From Camelus ferus (taxonomy: Eukaryota), in assembly GCF_009834535.1 (NCBI RefSeq), contig NC_045696.1:106394001-106458000 (forward strand): a DNA stretch of 64,000 bases. Direction: 5' to 3'. A program made the position numbers and the translations under genes. Below are positions 13,891 to 25,804 of the stretch, piece after piece. The notes under the pieces were generated by a model. It was not told where the DNA came from. It worked only from the letters and a program-made list of their open reading frames with translations, and did not search any database. The first letter of the stretch is position 1, and every line of letters starts with the position of its first letter.

Positions 13891-14234
13891 GACTCCCTGA
13901 TTTCTGACTTGGGTACTGAGTGCACAGTGATTGTCAGGCACTGAGATAAGGAAGACCAGGGATCTCCATTTAAAGAGAAGCGGTGTAACAAGAAGACAGA
14001 CTGTGGGTTGTGTGGAAGGACAAAAGGAAGAGAATGCAGAGGTGAGGAAGACAGTTCTGCCTATTAAGGGTTTCTGTTGCAGACAAAGTTGCCATTTCCC
14101 CACTGGAGGCCTGGTCTCAGTTCTCCAAATCTGAAGAGCAGCTCCATCCTCACCCATGGTACAAAAACAGATTCTCATGAAAACAGATGGAAAGAGATCA
14201 GAGAGAAGCAGCCCACTGTGGGGTTTCTATCACA

Positions 14235-14610
14235 GCCAGCTTGGGCTGCTACACAAAATACCGCAGACTGGCGGCTTAATCAACAGATACTTACTTCTCA
14301 CAGTTCTGGAGGCTGGGAAGTCTAAGGTCAAGGTGCAGACTGGGTTCCTGGTGAGGACTCTGCTCCTAGTTTGAAGACAGCTGTCTTCTTGCTGTGTCCT
14401 GCCACGGCCATTCCTTGTGTGTGCTCACAGAGAGAGATCTGTCTTCCTTTTCTTATAAGGATCTCACCCTCATGATCTCACCTAAACCTGACGACTTCTG
14501 AAAGGCCCTATCTCCCAATACTATCACACTAGGGGTTAGAGCTTTAACACATGAATTTCGGTGGTGGTGGGGGATGGGGTGGAAGGGCACAAACATTCAG
14601 TCCATAACAG
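14235..14610 (-). mobile_element. MaLR LTR (MLT1/MST-like)
   Basis: cacagttctggaggctgggaagtctaaggtcaaggtg … acaaacattcagtccataaca. Confidence 0.85.
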
Positions 14611-16789
14611 TTTCTTTCAGCCAGAATGGGAAGTGTTCATTCTCATGGTCACTCAGTCTTTATAAAGGTCCAGGTATGTGGACACTTGGCATAGGTGGCT
14701 CCAAGATGTTCCCAATTCCTTATAGGAAGAAGAAACTAAACCCTGACTTACGGAACTTAACAGCAAAGCCCCTTCAAACAGCTCTTCATGATCAGACTGG
14801 TTCCACAAACTTCTGCGGACTTGCAGACACTGTTCTTCAGCCTGGAAAAGTGGCATGTGGGGCACAACTGATTCACTGAGAACAATTATTTTCCCTTATC
14901 TCCCTGCTCTTATCCCCCATCCCTTCTTTTATCTGCAAGTAAATTTAAAAAGGGGGAAGATTACATGAGTGGATACAGTAATTTCCAGAACAAACCCAGA
15001 AGCACATTCTTGGTAGCCAGGTCAGATTTGTCAATAAGAGCATGTTTAACTAGTATGATTGTGTGGAGAGCAAAAACTTTACCTCCAAAAACACAAGGTT
15101 GGCACCATTTTCTTGGAGATGCAGAATAGTTTAAAATAGCACCATGGGACAAGGGGATTTTACTCTGGCACAAACTCACTTATTTTTAGTGAAAACATTT
15201 TTTTTTCAAGATTTAATGTTGACAATGTCACTTCTCAATGTGCATCAGTTATTCTCCCCCCAGGTTCCTGAGGGTCAGGCTGTGGATTCTTTCTCAGTCT
15301 ACAGTGAATTGTCTTTGTCCAGCGATCTCCTCTCTGGTCATGGAAACTCAACGCTCAGGTCTCTGTTTCAACTTCAGAACAGTGGCAAAAGGAACTGGCA
15401 ATGTTGATACACTCTGTGTATTGGTTTTGTCCTGCTAATGGCTGAATGCTTTAACAAGTTTATCAGTCCTACTTGCTTAGCAAATATGTTAAAAACCGGA
15501 ACTGTGGTCCCAATGGCTCCAAAGAAAATAAGACAAGCATTGTTGGCCTGAATATTTCCTTCCTGCAGTAAACTGGAGTTCAAAGTAGTTACAGAATTAA
15601 AAGGAAGGCTTTCCACAAGTAATTAAATTCAACAAACATTTATCGTTAAAATTCCTTTAACGCCTTCTTCTTGATACAGTGAGTTCTTTATAGCAGAGGG
15701 AGTCTAGACACAAACACTGAACTATTTCCAATTGAAGTTATCAGAGGTTATTCACAGGCCAAAGAATGGAGAAATCTCTGCTCTGGTTCCTTGATTTTCC
15801 TCCCTGTACTGCCTTTTCTTTGCAAGAGCTTCAAACATCCAAAGAACAGCATCATAAAACAGAAAGAACAATAGATTCAGAGGTTTTACCCCATCCTGTT
15901 CACTTATTTGGGGCTACACCAATCCACATTTCCTAAGGTCTCATCACTCAGCAACAATTACCCAGGCTCCATAATCCACTGGATTGACCAAATCTGGTTT
16001 ATGGTATAACGCAGGAAGTAAGAAGTGTCTCACAGGAGGCAGAAATAGCTTTACTTCCTCTGCTGTATCAGGATTCACAGTCTGCTCAGGAGGGACCTTC
16101 CCTGTTCACACCAGAGCATCCAGAGGGAACTGCGGATACCTGCTCACAGCTGAGAGAAGGCTCCAGATGAAGACAGAGCAGAGGGTGGCTTGAGAGAGGA
16201 TTACTAAGTGCTCATGTTACGGGTGATGGAGAGCAGACCACAGGACAGTGACAATATCTAGGAAGATGTGCGGATTGCCATATCAGGAGAGGGCTATGAA
16301 GGTGACCTTGTTGAGACTGGGAGGAAGCTCATGCCCCACAAGTGGGACTTCAGGGCAAAGGGACACTTCCTGAGGCCACTGTAACTAAATCAGGGAATCA
16401 ATTCTCATTCCATGTCTCCAGGCCCTTGGACTACTGGGGTTTGTCCATTGGTCATTTGTGCCAATGGATTTTCCTTTCTTTTAACAAAACTTTGGGTTTG
16501 CAAAGTTCAGACCAACTTACAGGGATGTCTGGTGAAGAAACTTCCCCAAGTCTCTGCCCATGATTTCGACTGTGTCTAAACTGCTCAGGCACACACTTTG
16601 TTGGTGCCAGGATTATGCTACGATACAGTTTTCTCCAGTTGAAACTGTTGCCTTATAACCCTTCTGATGGACCCATGAACAGGCAGGATTAGTGTGTGGG
16701 TCACCTGAAGAGTCATGTGAACCCCTTATGATCCCCAAGTCTTTGTGTTTGGGGCAACTTAGTAAAGGGAGGAGTTTCTTGGGAACTCT

Positions 16790-16915
16790 TAGGTTTAGCA
16801 TTAATCTTCTGCCAATGATTTACTTCCCTCAGTGTTGGAAGATTAGGTGGTGATTTATCAGAAAGTATAGCAGGAAAAGACTTGTCATCATTGCTAAGAC
16901 TGCAGGTATTAGAAG
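16790..16915 (+). promoter_or_regulatory. A4GNT: Candidate A4GNT promoter/non-coding first exon
   Basis: Unique sequence ending in a strong donor AAG|GTAAG at 16915/16916, about 2.1 kb upstream of the first coding exon. HNF1-like (ggtttagcattaat) and GATA-like (tttatca) motifs are nearby. TSS not determinable. Confidence 0.4.
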
Positions 16916-17297
16916 GTAAGCTCTGATTAATGGATTTATATTTTCTAAAAGAGTTACGGGGTAATGCAAAAACAGATCACTGATGAATGAAGATCTCTGC
17001 TGTGCTAGAGTTGACTGGAGTTAGAGCTAACATTGAAGGAGAGGGAGGTACTGTAGATAACTGCTCAGAGCTGGGCTTTGGAGGCAGGTAGACCTAAGTT
17101 AAAGTCACGGCTCTGCTAACAGTGTAACTTTGGCATGTTATTTAACTCCCACCTTTGGTTTGCTTCTTTGGTTAAATTTTCTTTCCAGTTCTATTTGTTT
17201 TTTGGAGAATTATCTTGGATTTTCTATATAGGCAATCATATTTTCTAGAGATATTTTTGCCACTTCTTTTCTAATATTCACAGTAGAAATTCTTTTT

Positions 17298-17625
17298 TAA
17301 TTGAAATACAGTCAGTTTACAATGTTGTGTCAGTTTCTGGTGTACAGCTTTATGTTTCAGTCATACATATGCATACATACATTCCTTTTCAGATACTTTT
17401 TCATTATAGGTTACTACAAGGTATTGAAATAGTTCCTTGTGCTTACATATATATAGTATATAGTAGGACCTTGTTGTTTATCTATTTTATATATAGTAGT
17501 TAGTATTTGCAAATCTTGAACTCCCAATTTACCCCTTCCTACCACCTTCCCCCCCTCCCCAGTAACCATAAATTTGTTTTCTATGTCTGTGAGTCTGTTT
17601 CTGTTTTGTAAATAAGTTCATTTGT
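17298..17625 (-). mobile_element. Truncated L1 tail with TSD, inside older antisense L1 (17180-18060)
   Basis: Flanked by gtagaaattctttt (~17283) and gtagaaactctttt (~17626). Confidence 0.85.
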
Positions 17626-18079
17626 GTAGAAACTCTTTTCTTCTGTTTCACTGCACTGGTTAGACTCAGCAGAATAATGCTGAATAGTAACAGTGACAAT
17701 GGATATCCACACCATATTCCTGGTCTAATGAGGATGTTTCAAATGCTTCATATTAAGTACAATGATTGCTCTATGTTCTGGTAAACACTGTTTGTCAGCT
17801 TAAGACACAAGGTTTCCTTGCACTTTTTAAAAATCATGAATGGATGTCAAATTTTATCCTATTCTTGGCATCTACTGAGCCAAAATGATCATATAGTTTT
17901 TCCTCTTTAATCTGTTAAAATAATGCATTTCATGAATAGTTTTCCTATTAATTATTTTCCTATTGTAAATCATCCTTAAATTCATCAGATAAACCCTAAT
18001 CAATGCACTTTTCTTTTTGACATTGCTAGATTTGATCATATTTTATTTAGAATTTTAAAAATCAAAGCTTATAATTTTT

Positions 18080-18931
18080 AGAGAAACGCAAATCAAAACC
18101 ACAATATCACCTCACAACTGACAGAATGGTTAGGATCAAAAAATCTACAAATAACAAATGTTAGTGAGGATGTGGAGAAAAGGGAACCCTTGAACACTGA
18201 TGGTGGGAATGTAAATTGGGGCAGCCACTATGGAAAACAGTATGAAGGTGCCTCAAAAAACTAAAAATGAACTACCATGTGATCCAGCAATCCCACTTCT
18301 TGGTATATATCCAAAGAAAACAAAAATATTTTGAAAAATAATTTGAAAAGATACATGCACCCCAATGTACATGGCAGCACTATTTACAATAGCCAAGATA
18401 TGGAAGCAACCAAACATCCATCAACAGAAGAACAGATAAAGAAGATGTGGTGTATATATATATATATATATATATATAATGGGACATTAGCAAAAAAAAT
18501 AAAGAAAGAAAAAACAAATTCTGCCATTTGCAGCAATGTGGATGGACCTAGATGCTATTATGCTCAGTGAAATAAGTCAGAGGGAGAAAGACAAATACTG
18601 CATGATGTCATTTATATGTGGAACCTAAAAAATAAAACAAATGGATATATATAGCAAAACAGAAATAGACTCACAGATATAAAAAATAAACTAGTAGTTA
18701 CCAGTGGGGAGAAGGAAGGAGGGAGGGGCAGGATAGGGATATGGGATTAAGAGACACAAACTACTATGCATAAAACAGATAAGCAACAAGGATATATTGT
18801 ACAGCACAGGGAAATACAGCCATTATTTTGCAATAATTTTTAATGAAGTATAACCTAAAAATATACTGAGTCACTATGCTATACATCTGAAACTAACCTA
18901 ATATTGTAAATCAATTGCACTTCAATAAAAA
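18080..18931 (+). mobile_element. L1 3' end with TSD in A4GNT intron
   Basis: ORF2 C-terminal and 3'UTR motifs, flanked by aaaatcaaagctta / aaaatctaagctta. Confidence 0.9.
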
Positions 18932-19055
18932 ATCTAAGCTTAGAAGTGATATTCACGTATCACCTTCTTGTGTGCTATCTTTACCAGGTTTTGTGAATAC
19001 ACGTTTTAATTGACAGTCTTGATTTTAGGGAGCAGGCCAGGAGAGAGGAGTGGAC

Positions 19056-19466
19056 ATGCTGACGAGGCTCCAGTTCTCCCTGTCGGTCATCCTGCTGCTT
19101 GCCTGTGGCTTCCTCTACCAGCTCAGCCTGAAGTCCAGCTTTCTCTTCTTCCACTTGCTGCCCTACAAGTCCCAGCAGGGGCTGGGAGCCCTCCTGGGCC
19201 ACGGGCGCTGCATCGTGTTCCTAGAGACCTCGGAGAGAACGGAGCCCTCCCCGCTAGTCTCCTGTGCAGTGGAGTCTGCTGCCAAGACTTATCCAGAGCA
19301 GCCTGTGCTGTTACTTATGAAGGGTCTCAACAATTCCACGCAGCTGTTCCCCAACTCTACCTCCCCAGCCTTTTCCCTCCTCTCAGCGATAGACAATGTC
19401 TTCCTCTTCCCTTTGGATATGAAAAGCCTGTTTGAAGACACACCGTTGTTTTCATGGTACACTCGA
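19056..19466 (+). CDS. A4GNT: Alpha-1,4-N-acetylglucosaminyltransferase, first coding exon (137 aa)
   Basis: ATG at 19056 (MLTRLQFSLSVILLLACGFLYQ, type II signal anchor; IVFLETSERTEP…SCAVESAA; FLFPLDM). Acceptor ttttag| at 19028, donor CGA|GTAAGT at 19466. Confidence 0.96.
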
Positions 19467-20639
19467 GTAAGTGTTCAGAGACTCTTAGCAGGTCAGCCTT
19501 GGGAGGGACCACAGAAAATGGGTCCAATCTAGTCCTTTTATAGATGGGAACACTGAGGGTAAGGACTCAGTGTCAGAGATGCACCTAGAACCCAGATCCT
19601 TTGACTCTTGCCTGGACTTCTTTCTACAATGTTGAGTCCTGATTCAAGGAAACAGGAGAGACTTAATTTAGGTTTGTCTGTACCCTGGTACCTTTTTCTT
19701 CCAGCTTTTTTCTTAGGATCCAGGCTACTTTGGAGACTATTTTTAACTGAATGAGTTTCCATATCTTTTCTAGGTGCATAGACCACTTATTTTTCACCGA
19801 CAGTTTTAAGAACATCTATGGTAAATACTTTTTGTATCTGAGGGGGGAAATCAGGCAATATTTAACTTGAAAATGATGTAAATAGAAAATTCATGAAAGA
19901 TCAGGTGGAATGCTGCTATATGAGACTGGGTTATGTTGAGATTTGATTGAGAAAGTCCTGGGTCTCTTAGGAATTTTGTGTGAAATCTCCCTCTACTTTT
20001 CTTTTTAAAGGACACTTGTGGTGGCATTTAGGGCCCATGATAACCCTCAGGATCCTCCTCTCAAGATCCTTAATTATATCAACTCTTCAAGACCCTTTTC
20101 CTATAGGAGGTAAAATTTACAGGTTTCAGGAATTAGGACCACTGAGTGGCTGTTCGTAGCCTACTACAGTATTTATATAAAAAGAGAGAAAATTCTTGTC
20201 CGGCCCTCATTCAGCCTGGGGACTAGGTGGGTTGTCTTGGGTGGCAGAAACACTTGTAACCTTGGGGAGGTGGGCTGTGGCACGTTCTGCCCCAGTTAGG
20301 CCACTAGGATAGCTGGAAGCCAGCTGTCAGGGATGACCCAGCGTGCCATCACCTGCTGGTGACCACTAGATTTGCTGATTTGGGCAACTGTAGCCCTTGA
20401 AGATGTCCAGGGATGAGTATTATAGGGGTGAGTAGGTCAGAATCCTATCTCCCTTTCGGATGCTCACCTCCCAGGGAGCCCTTGTGTTTCAGGCTGATGT
20501 TAGTCCAATGCCCACATCAAGGCAGACTCTCTCCTCCTCTGGTTCTGTGCAGCTTTTGATATCTGGGTCTGTTCACTCATAATCACCAATTTACCAAATA
20601 ATCAACTTTACTTATTTTTACCAAAACCTTGTTTCTTTT

Positions 20640-20730
20640 CTTTTCTGTTTTTTAGTGGCAGGACTGGGAATTACACCCAGGACCTTGTGCATGATAAGCA
20701 CGCACTCTACCACTGAGCTATACCCTCCCC
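20640..20730 (-). mobile_element. tRNA-derived SINE (Vic-1-like) with 19-bp TSD
   Basis: ccaaaaccttgtttctttt duplicated at 20621-20639 and 20731-20749. Confidence 0.9.
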
Positions 20731-20769
20731 CCAAAACCTTGTTTCTTTTGAATGAGTGGATCTCTGGAG

Positions 20770-20890
20770 TCAGACTGCCTGGGTTAGAAACCAACATCTA
20801 CCTCTCTAACTTTGGACAAATGACTGAACTTCAGACTGCCTGGATTAGAAACCAACATTTACCTCTCTAACTTTGGACAAATGACTGAAC
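20770..20890. repeat. 61-bp-period tandem duplication within a MIR relic
   Basis: tcagactgcctgg…ctttggacaaatgactgaac occurs twice, with 2 mismatches. Confidence 0.9.
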
Positions 20891-21269
20891 ATCATGGTAC
20901 CTATCTTTACTTGAGGAACTGTGTAGATTTTATAAAGAGTTTAGAACTGCTACTGATAAATTTCAGCTATTATTATTTATGAAGTTTTTAGCAGTTGTAT
21001 ACAATATGGTGATGTTAATAACTCCTGTGAAAATTTCTGCAAAGTCTTAGCTGACTTGCTTTCACTTGGCTTTAGAGCAGAATTTTAAAAAATGTTTATT
21101 TTGTCAAAAGCCTAGGGTCATTGTTCTTTTAACCAACACAATTAAATTCAAAAAATCTATTTTGTTTCCTGTGTTCAAAAGTTAAGCATCCCATTTAGAA
21201 ACACTGGCATTTATGATTTATTTTTATTCTTTTAAAAGTCATTTTCTCTTTTGCTCACGTTAGCATTTT

Positions 21270-22025
21270 TGGTCATCCTTGACTCCTGTTTCCCACTCCA
21301 CATCCAATCCATCAGTAAATCCTGATCAGCTTTATCTTTACCAGGTGCCCAGAATCTGATCACTTCCGTCACCTCCTCTATTGTCACCCTGGTCCAGGCC
21401 ACTATCATCTCCTGCCTGGATTATCCCAACAGCCTCCTAACTTGGCTCTTTGTTTTCTCCCTTGCCACCTTCCACTCCACCTATTTTCCATACCGCAACC
21501 AGTGTAACCCTTTCCATATCTAATTCAGATCACATCATTCTTTTCTTCAAAACCTTCCAAATCATTTCAGTCTTTACCCTAGCCTTGCTCCCTCACTCTT
21601 GCTCCCCACTTCTCTCTGATTTCATTTCCTCCCCTCTCCTTTCACTACTGTGCATTGCCACTTCCCTGTTTCCACACACAGAAAGTGCACCCCTGCCCCA
21701 GGGCCCTTGCACATGCTATTCCCTCTAACTAGAATCCTCTTCTCACTGATAATGGCATGGTTTCCCCACCCACTTCATTCAAGGTTCTGCTAGAACTCAA
21801 GATAAAATAGTGCTCCATCCTGCTCCCTTCCCTGTTGCCTGGCTTTTTTCTTTCCTAGTCCTGATGAACACCTAACATTATATATTTATTTCTTTATTAT
21901 CTATCTCCCATCAGTAGGGATTTTTGTCTGTTTGTTCACTCCTGTATCTTTAGCAGCTGTAATTGACCTTGGTCAATAGTAAGTAGGCCCTCATTGAATA
22001 TTATTAAAGGAATTGATTAATGGAC
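21270..22025 (+). mobile_element. L2 fragment
   Basis: gtcatccttgactcc…cacatccaatccatcagtaaatcctg…tgcacatgctattccctct, typical of the L2 3' region. Confidence 0.8.
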
Positions 22026-22369
22026 AAAGGCAGGCACACATACATGCATTTTAAGATTCTTTTACCAATTTCTCAAACAGCACACATATTAATCTGTCCT
22101 ACAGTTCCAGTTCCCTAGTTTATTTTCTTCTTTATCAGTTCTCAGCATTTTTAGGAGTTAAAAAAATTCTTTCCTCACTGTTTCATATTTGTGGTTAATT
22201 TTCACCCTATAGAAAGTGACTCATACCATTCATAGTGAAATCCCTTCTGGGTTTCTTCTTTATCTTTCCATTGCACTTCTTTATTTTAAAAACAATTTCA
22301 TGAAATCTTTAAAAGCGGCTAAAACTTCCCACTGATACTGACTGATGTAAATTGTTTACTTTAAAAAAT

Positions 22370-22528
22370 TTTATTTCTATTTATTTTTTATTTTATTTAT
22401 TTTTTAAAATTTTGTTGGGGGGAAGGTAATTAACCTTTTTCTTTTTTTTAATGGAGGTATGGGGGATTGAACCCAGGACCTTGTGCATGCTAGGCATGCA
22501 TTCTACCACTGAGCTATGCCCTGCCCTC
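22370..22528 (-). mobile_element. tRNA-derived SINE (Vic-1-like)
   Basis: ggggattgaacccaggaccttgtgcatgctaggcatgcattctaccactgagctat, with a T-rich tail. Confidence 0.85.
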
Positions 22529-22724
22529 CTGTAAACTTTTTACTTAAAGGCAATGTTTTTGAGTGGAGGTAAGTTTGGTAAATTTGGAAAACTGGGCTTT
22601 TGGCAAAGAGATTTTTGGGAAGTTGTCTTGCTTCCTCCTCCCCAGCTACCCTGGGTCTGGCTTCCTGCTGTGATCCCCCTCCCTCTTCCCCTGCTTGAGG
22701 GCTGATTTGCACCTGCTTCTACAG

Positions 22725-23339
22725 ATCAACAGCAATAAAGAGAGAAACTGGCTCTATGTCAGCTCCGATGCATCCCGCCTGGCCATCATCTGGAAGTATG
22801 GTGGTGTCTATATGGACACTGATGTCATCTCCATCAGGCCCATCCCTGAGGAAAACTTTCTGGCTGCACAGGATTCTCAGTTCTCTAGTAACGGGGTGTT
22901 TGGATTCCTCCCCCACCACCCTTTCCTGTGGGAGTGCATGGAAAACTTTGTGGAAAATTACAATCCAGGTATCTGGGGCCACCAGGGTCCCAATTTGATG
23001 ACGAGGATTTTGAGAGTGTGGTGCAAACTCAGAGACTTCCAGGAGGTGAGTGACCTCAAGTGCTTGAACTTGTCCTTCCTACACCCCCAGAGATTTTATC
23101 CCATCTCTTTTCGAGCATGGAGGCGCTACTATGAAGTCTGGGACACAGAGCCGAGTTTCAACAACTCCTATGCCCTGCATCTGTGGAACTACATGAACAA
23201 GGAAGGAAGGGTTGTGGTTAGAGGAAGCAACACGCTGGTGGAAAATCTTTACCGTAAGCACTGTCCCAGGACTTACAGGGACCTGATTCAAGGTCCAGAG
23301 GGGTTGGTGACTGGGGAGCAGGGGCCAGGTAACAAATAG
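22725..23339 (+). CDS. A4GNT: A4GNT second coding exon (204 aa + stop), GT32/Gb3-synthase-type catalytic domain
   Basis: Acceptor ctacag| at 22724, phase 0. SDASRLAIIWKYGGVYMDTD (DxD motif), QGP, HLWN, ending GPGNK-TAG. Total 341 aa. Confidence 0.97.
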   Translation: MNSNKERNWLYVSSDASRLAIIWKYGGVYMDTDVISIRPIPEENFLAAQDSQFSSNGVFGFLPHHPFLWECMENFVENYNPGIWGHQGPNLMTRILRVWCKLRDFQEVSDLKCLNLSFLHPQRFYPISFRAWRRYYEVWDTEPSFNNSYALHLWNYMNKEGRVVVRGSNTLVENLYRKHCPRTYRDLIQGPEGLVTGEQGPGNK

Positions 23340-23433
23340 AGCCAATGCTGGGTTACTGCTGCTACATTGTGGAACCGGCCACTTCCTGGAAGCGCACCCA
23401 CGTGACAGTTAGACAGTTACAATTTTCCACATC

Positions 23434-24160
23434 ATTCCACCAAAAAACTATTTGAACTAATAAATGAATTCAGTAAAGTTACAAAATCAATACACAAAAA
23501 TCAGTTGCATTTCTAACCACTAATAATGAACCATCAGAAAGAGAGAGAAAACAATCCTATTTACAATTGCATCAAAAAGAACAAGACACCTAGGAATAAA
23601 TTTAACCAAGGATGTGAAAGACCTGCACGCTGACAACTTTAAGACATTGATGAAGAAATTGAAGAAGATACAAATGAATGGAAAGATATCACATTCTCAT
23701 GGATTGGAAGAATGAATGTTGTTAAAATGTCCATTCTACCCAAAGCAATGTATGCACTGAAAGCAACCCCTACCAAAATTCCAATGGCATCTTTCGCAGA
23801 ATTAGAGAAAAGGATCCTAATATTTGTGTGGAACCGCAAAGGACCCGGAATAGCCAAAGCGATCCTCAGAGAGGAGAGCAGGCTGGAGGCGTCTTGCTCC
23901 CCAACTTCAAACTGTATTATGAAGTCACCAAAACAATGTGTGGTCCTGGCACAAAAACAGACACAGCGACCAGAGGAACAGACCAGAGAGCCCAGAAATA
24001 AACCCACACGGATGTGGTGAATTAATTTAGCACAAAAGGGCCAAGAACATACAGTGGGGAAAGGACAGACCCCTCACGAAATAGTGCTGGGAAAACTGGA
24101 TACCACACACCAAAGAATGACCTTGGACACCATCTACATCGCACACAAAACGGACTAAAA
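23434..24160 (+). mobile_element. Internal L1 ORF2 fragment downstream of the A4GNT stop
   Basis: ORF 23712-24020 (NVVKMSILPKAMY…PTKIPMASFAELEK…WNRKGPGIAKAIL) is L1 ORF2. No 3'UTR or poly(A). Confidence 0.9.
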
Positions 24161-24589
24161 TCCAGTTTTCCGTATCAAGCCCTTCCTCTCCTGGGTCGTC
24201 TGAAGACAGACCCCCGTCCCCTCCCCCAGCAGTCAATTACACATAGGCAGTCCCCCCATTTTTCCTCATATTCTCTTCCCTTTTTCCTCACCTTTTTGGG
24301 CGGGTCTTGAGGAAGCCGGGCTCCTCTCTACATGGAAGCAGCCTCGTCTTGTCCTGAAGCTGAATCCCCAGCTGGTCCTAAGGAGGCCCAGCAGCGACAG
24401 CCCATTGCAGCCCTGGGGTGTCCAGAAGCCACGCCAAGCTGCGCGGGAGGAGACGGAGCTCAGCTCACAGAGGTTCCGGAGTCAGCCGGTGAAACTCCCG
24501 TGACCTCCTGACTGGATCATAGAGGCGGGCTCAGCGCTCCCTGTGGGCAGTCTGGGAAGTGCAGGCCGTGCAGATCAGGATGCACTTGC

Positions 24590-25610
24590 TTTGTTTACAA
24601 TAGAAAAATCGATTCGTGTATAAAATATAAAAGTTTATTTCCCTCTCCTGTAAAAGTGAGGCGGGAAGCCCCATAAAAAGACTGGCAGGACCCCTAGGCA
24701 GGGCCGCTGCTCTCCTCCCACTAGCGTCCGGTTCTCTGACCTGGAAGCTTTATCTCACTTTTTGCCTCTAAAGTGGCTAACTTACACCTAGAATTCTATT
24801 GGTTCCCTGAGGTCACTTCTGATTGGTTATTTCCTTCACTCCTGATTGGTATTACTCTCACTCCTGATTGGTTATTACTCTCACTTCTAATTGGTTATTA
24901 CTCTCACTCCTGATTGGTTATTACTCTCACTTCTGATTGGTCCACTCCCCTAACTTCTGATTGGTCTATTTGTAGTACTTCATTTGCATGGAGCTCACTC
25001 CTGATTGGTCTATTTCTACAATGCTTGTTCATGGTTGGTCAACTTCTGTGTACTTTATTTGCATATGATGTTGCAAAGTGTAAAACTGGCAGCCTATAAA
25101 AGGTCTGTGTAAAGCTATGGACAGGGTCCAGAGTTTGAAGTGTTAACTCCTCTGGCCTTGCTGGTGTAATAAACCTGAGTTCTCCAACTCTCCAAGTGCT
25201 TCTTGGTCTCTTGCCTGGTTCCGGGTTGCTGTCACAACTGAACTGTAACACCGAGCTGTAACACATTTTTCCTCAACAAAAGTAGTTTGAGGGCAGACAA
25301 TCCAGGGTGGGTATAGTCCCTGCAGTTATCAGGGACCTAGGCTTCTTGCGTCTTTCTGCTTGTCATCCTGAGTGTCCGCAGCCCATGGGCCATATGGCTG
25401 CTTGATCTCCCACCCTCCATTTCTGCAATTCAGGCAGCAGGATAAAGGAAGGAAGAAAGGTGCACCTCCCTTATTTTATGAAGACTTCATGCAAGTACCA
25501 TATAACACTTATGTCTTCTTGTTGGTCAGAATGTAGCTGCAAGAGAGGCTGGGACATTTAAGGAGGAAGAGAAAATGGATGTTAGGATAGGCAGCTAACA
25601 GTTTTGCTAG
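24590..25610. mobile_element. Old MaLR LTR (MLT1J/K-like) split by a younger LTR
   Basis: aagtttatttccctctcctgtaaaag … tagtttgagggcagacaatccaggg…cagggacctaggcttc…atggctgct reads continuously once 24657-25282 is removed. Confidence 0.65.
24657..25278 (+). mobile_element. Solo ERV LTR (class I-like, 4-bp TSD) with tandem CCAAT array
   Basis: Starts TG, ends CA, with AAAG on both sides (24653-24656, 25279-25282). TATAAAA at 25095 and AATAAA at 25168 lie in U3-R order. Confidence 0.88.
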
Positions 25611-25804
25611 ATGTTAAATTTACTTTCGTAAGATTAATTACAGGTTCTGTTAGAGAATTGGCTAGGATAAACAGAGACTCAATGTCTAGTCCTGAATTTG
25701 ATATTCATTAACAGATTCAGTTAACAATATTAATTGAGCCCCTTCTGGGTGCCAAGCACTGATTTAGATGCTGAAGACATAGCAGGATCAAACCGACAAG
25801 GTCC

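Noticed and set aside
19467..19532. ORF-track extension of A4GNT (VSVQRLL…) and GTG start at 19050
   Set aside because: Read-through past a consensus donor into the intron. The ATG at 19056 matches the expected N-terminus.
24798..24964. Regularly spaced ~23-bp repeats, superficially CRISPR-like
   Set aside because: Contiguous tandem units without unique spacers, inside a eukaryotic LTR.
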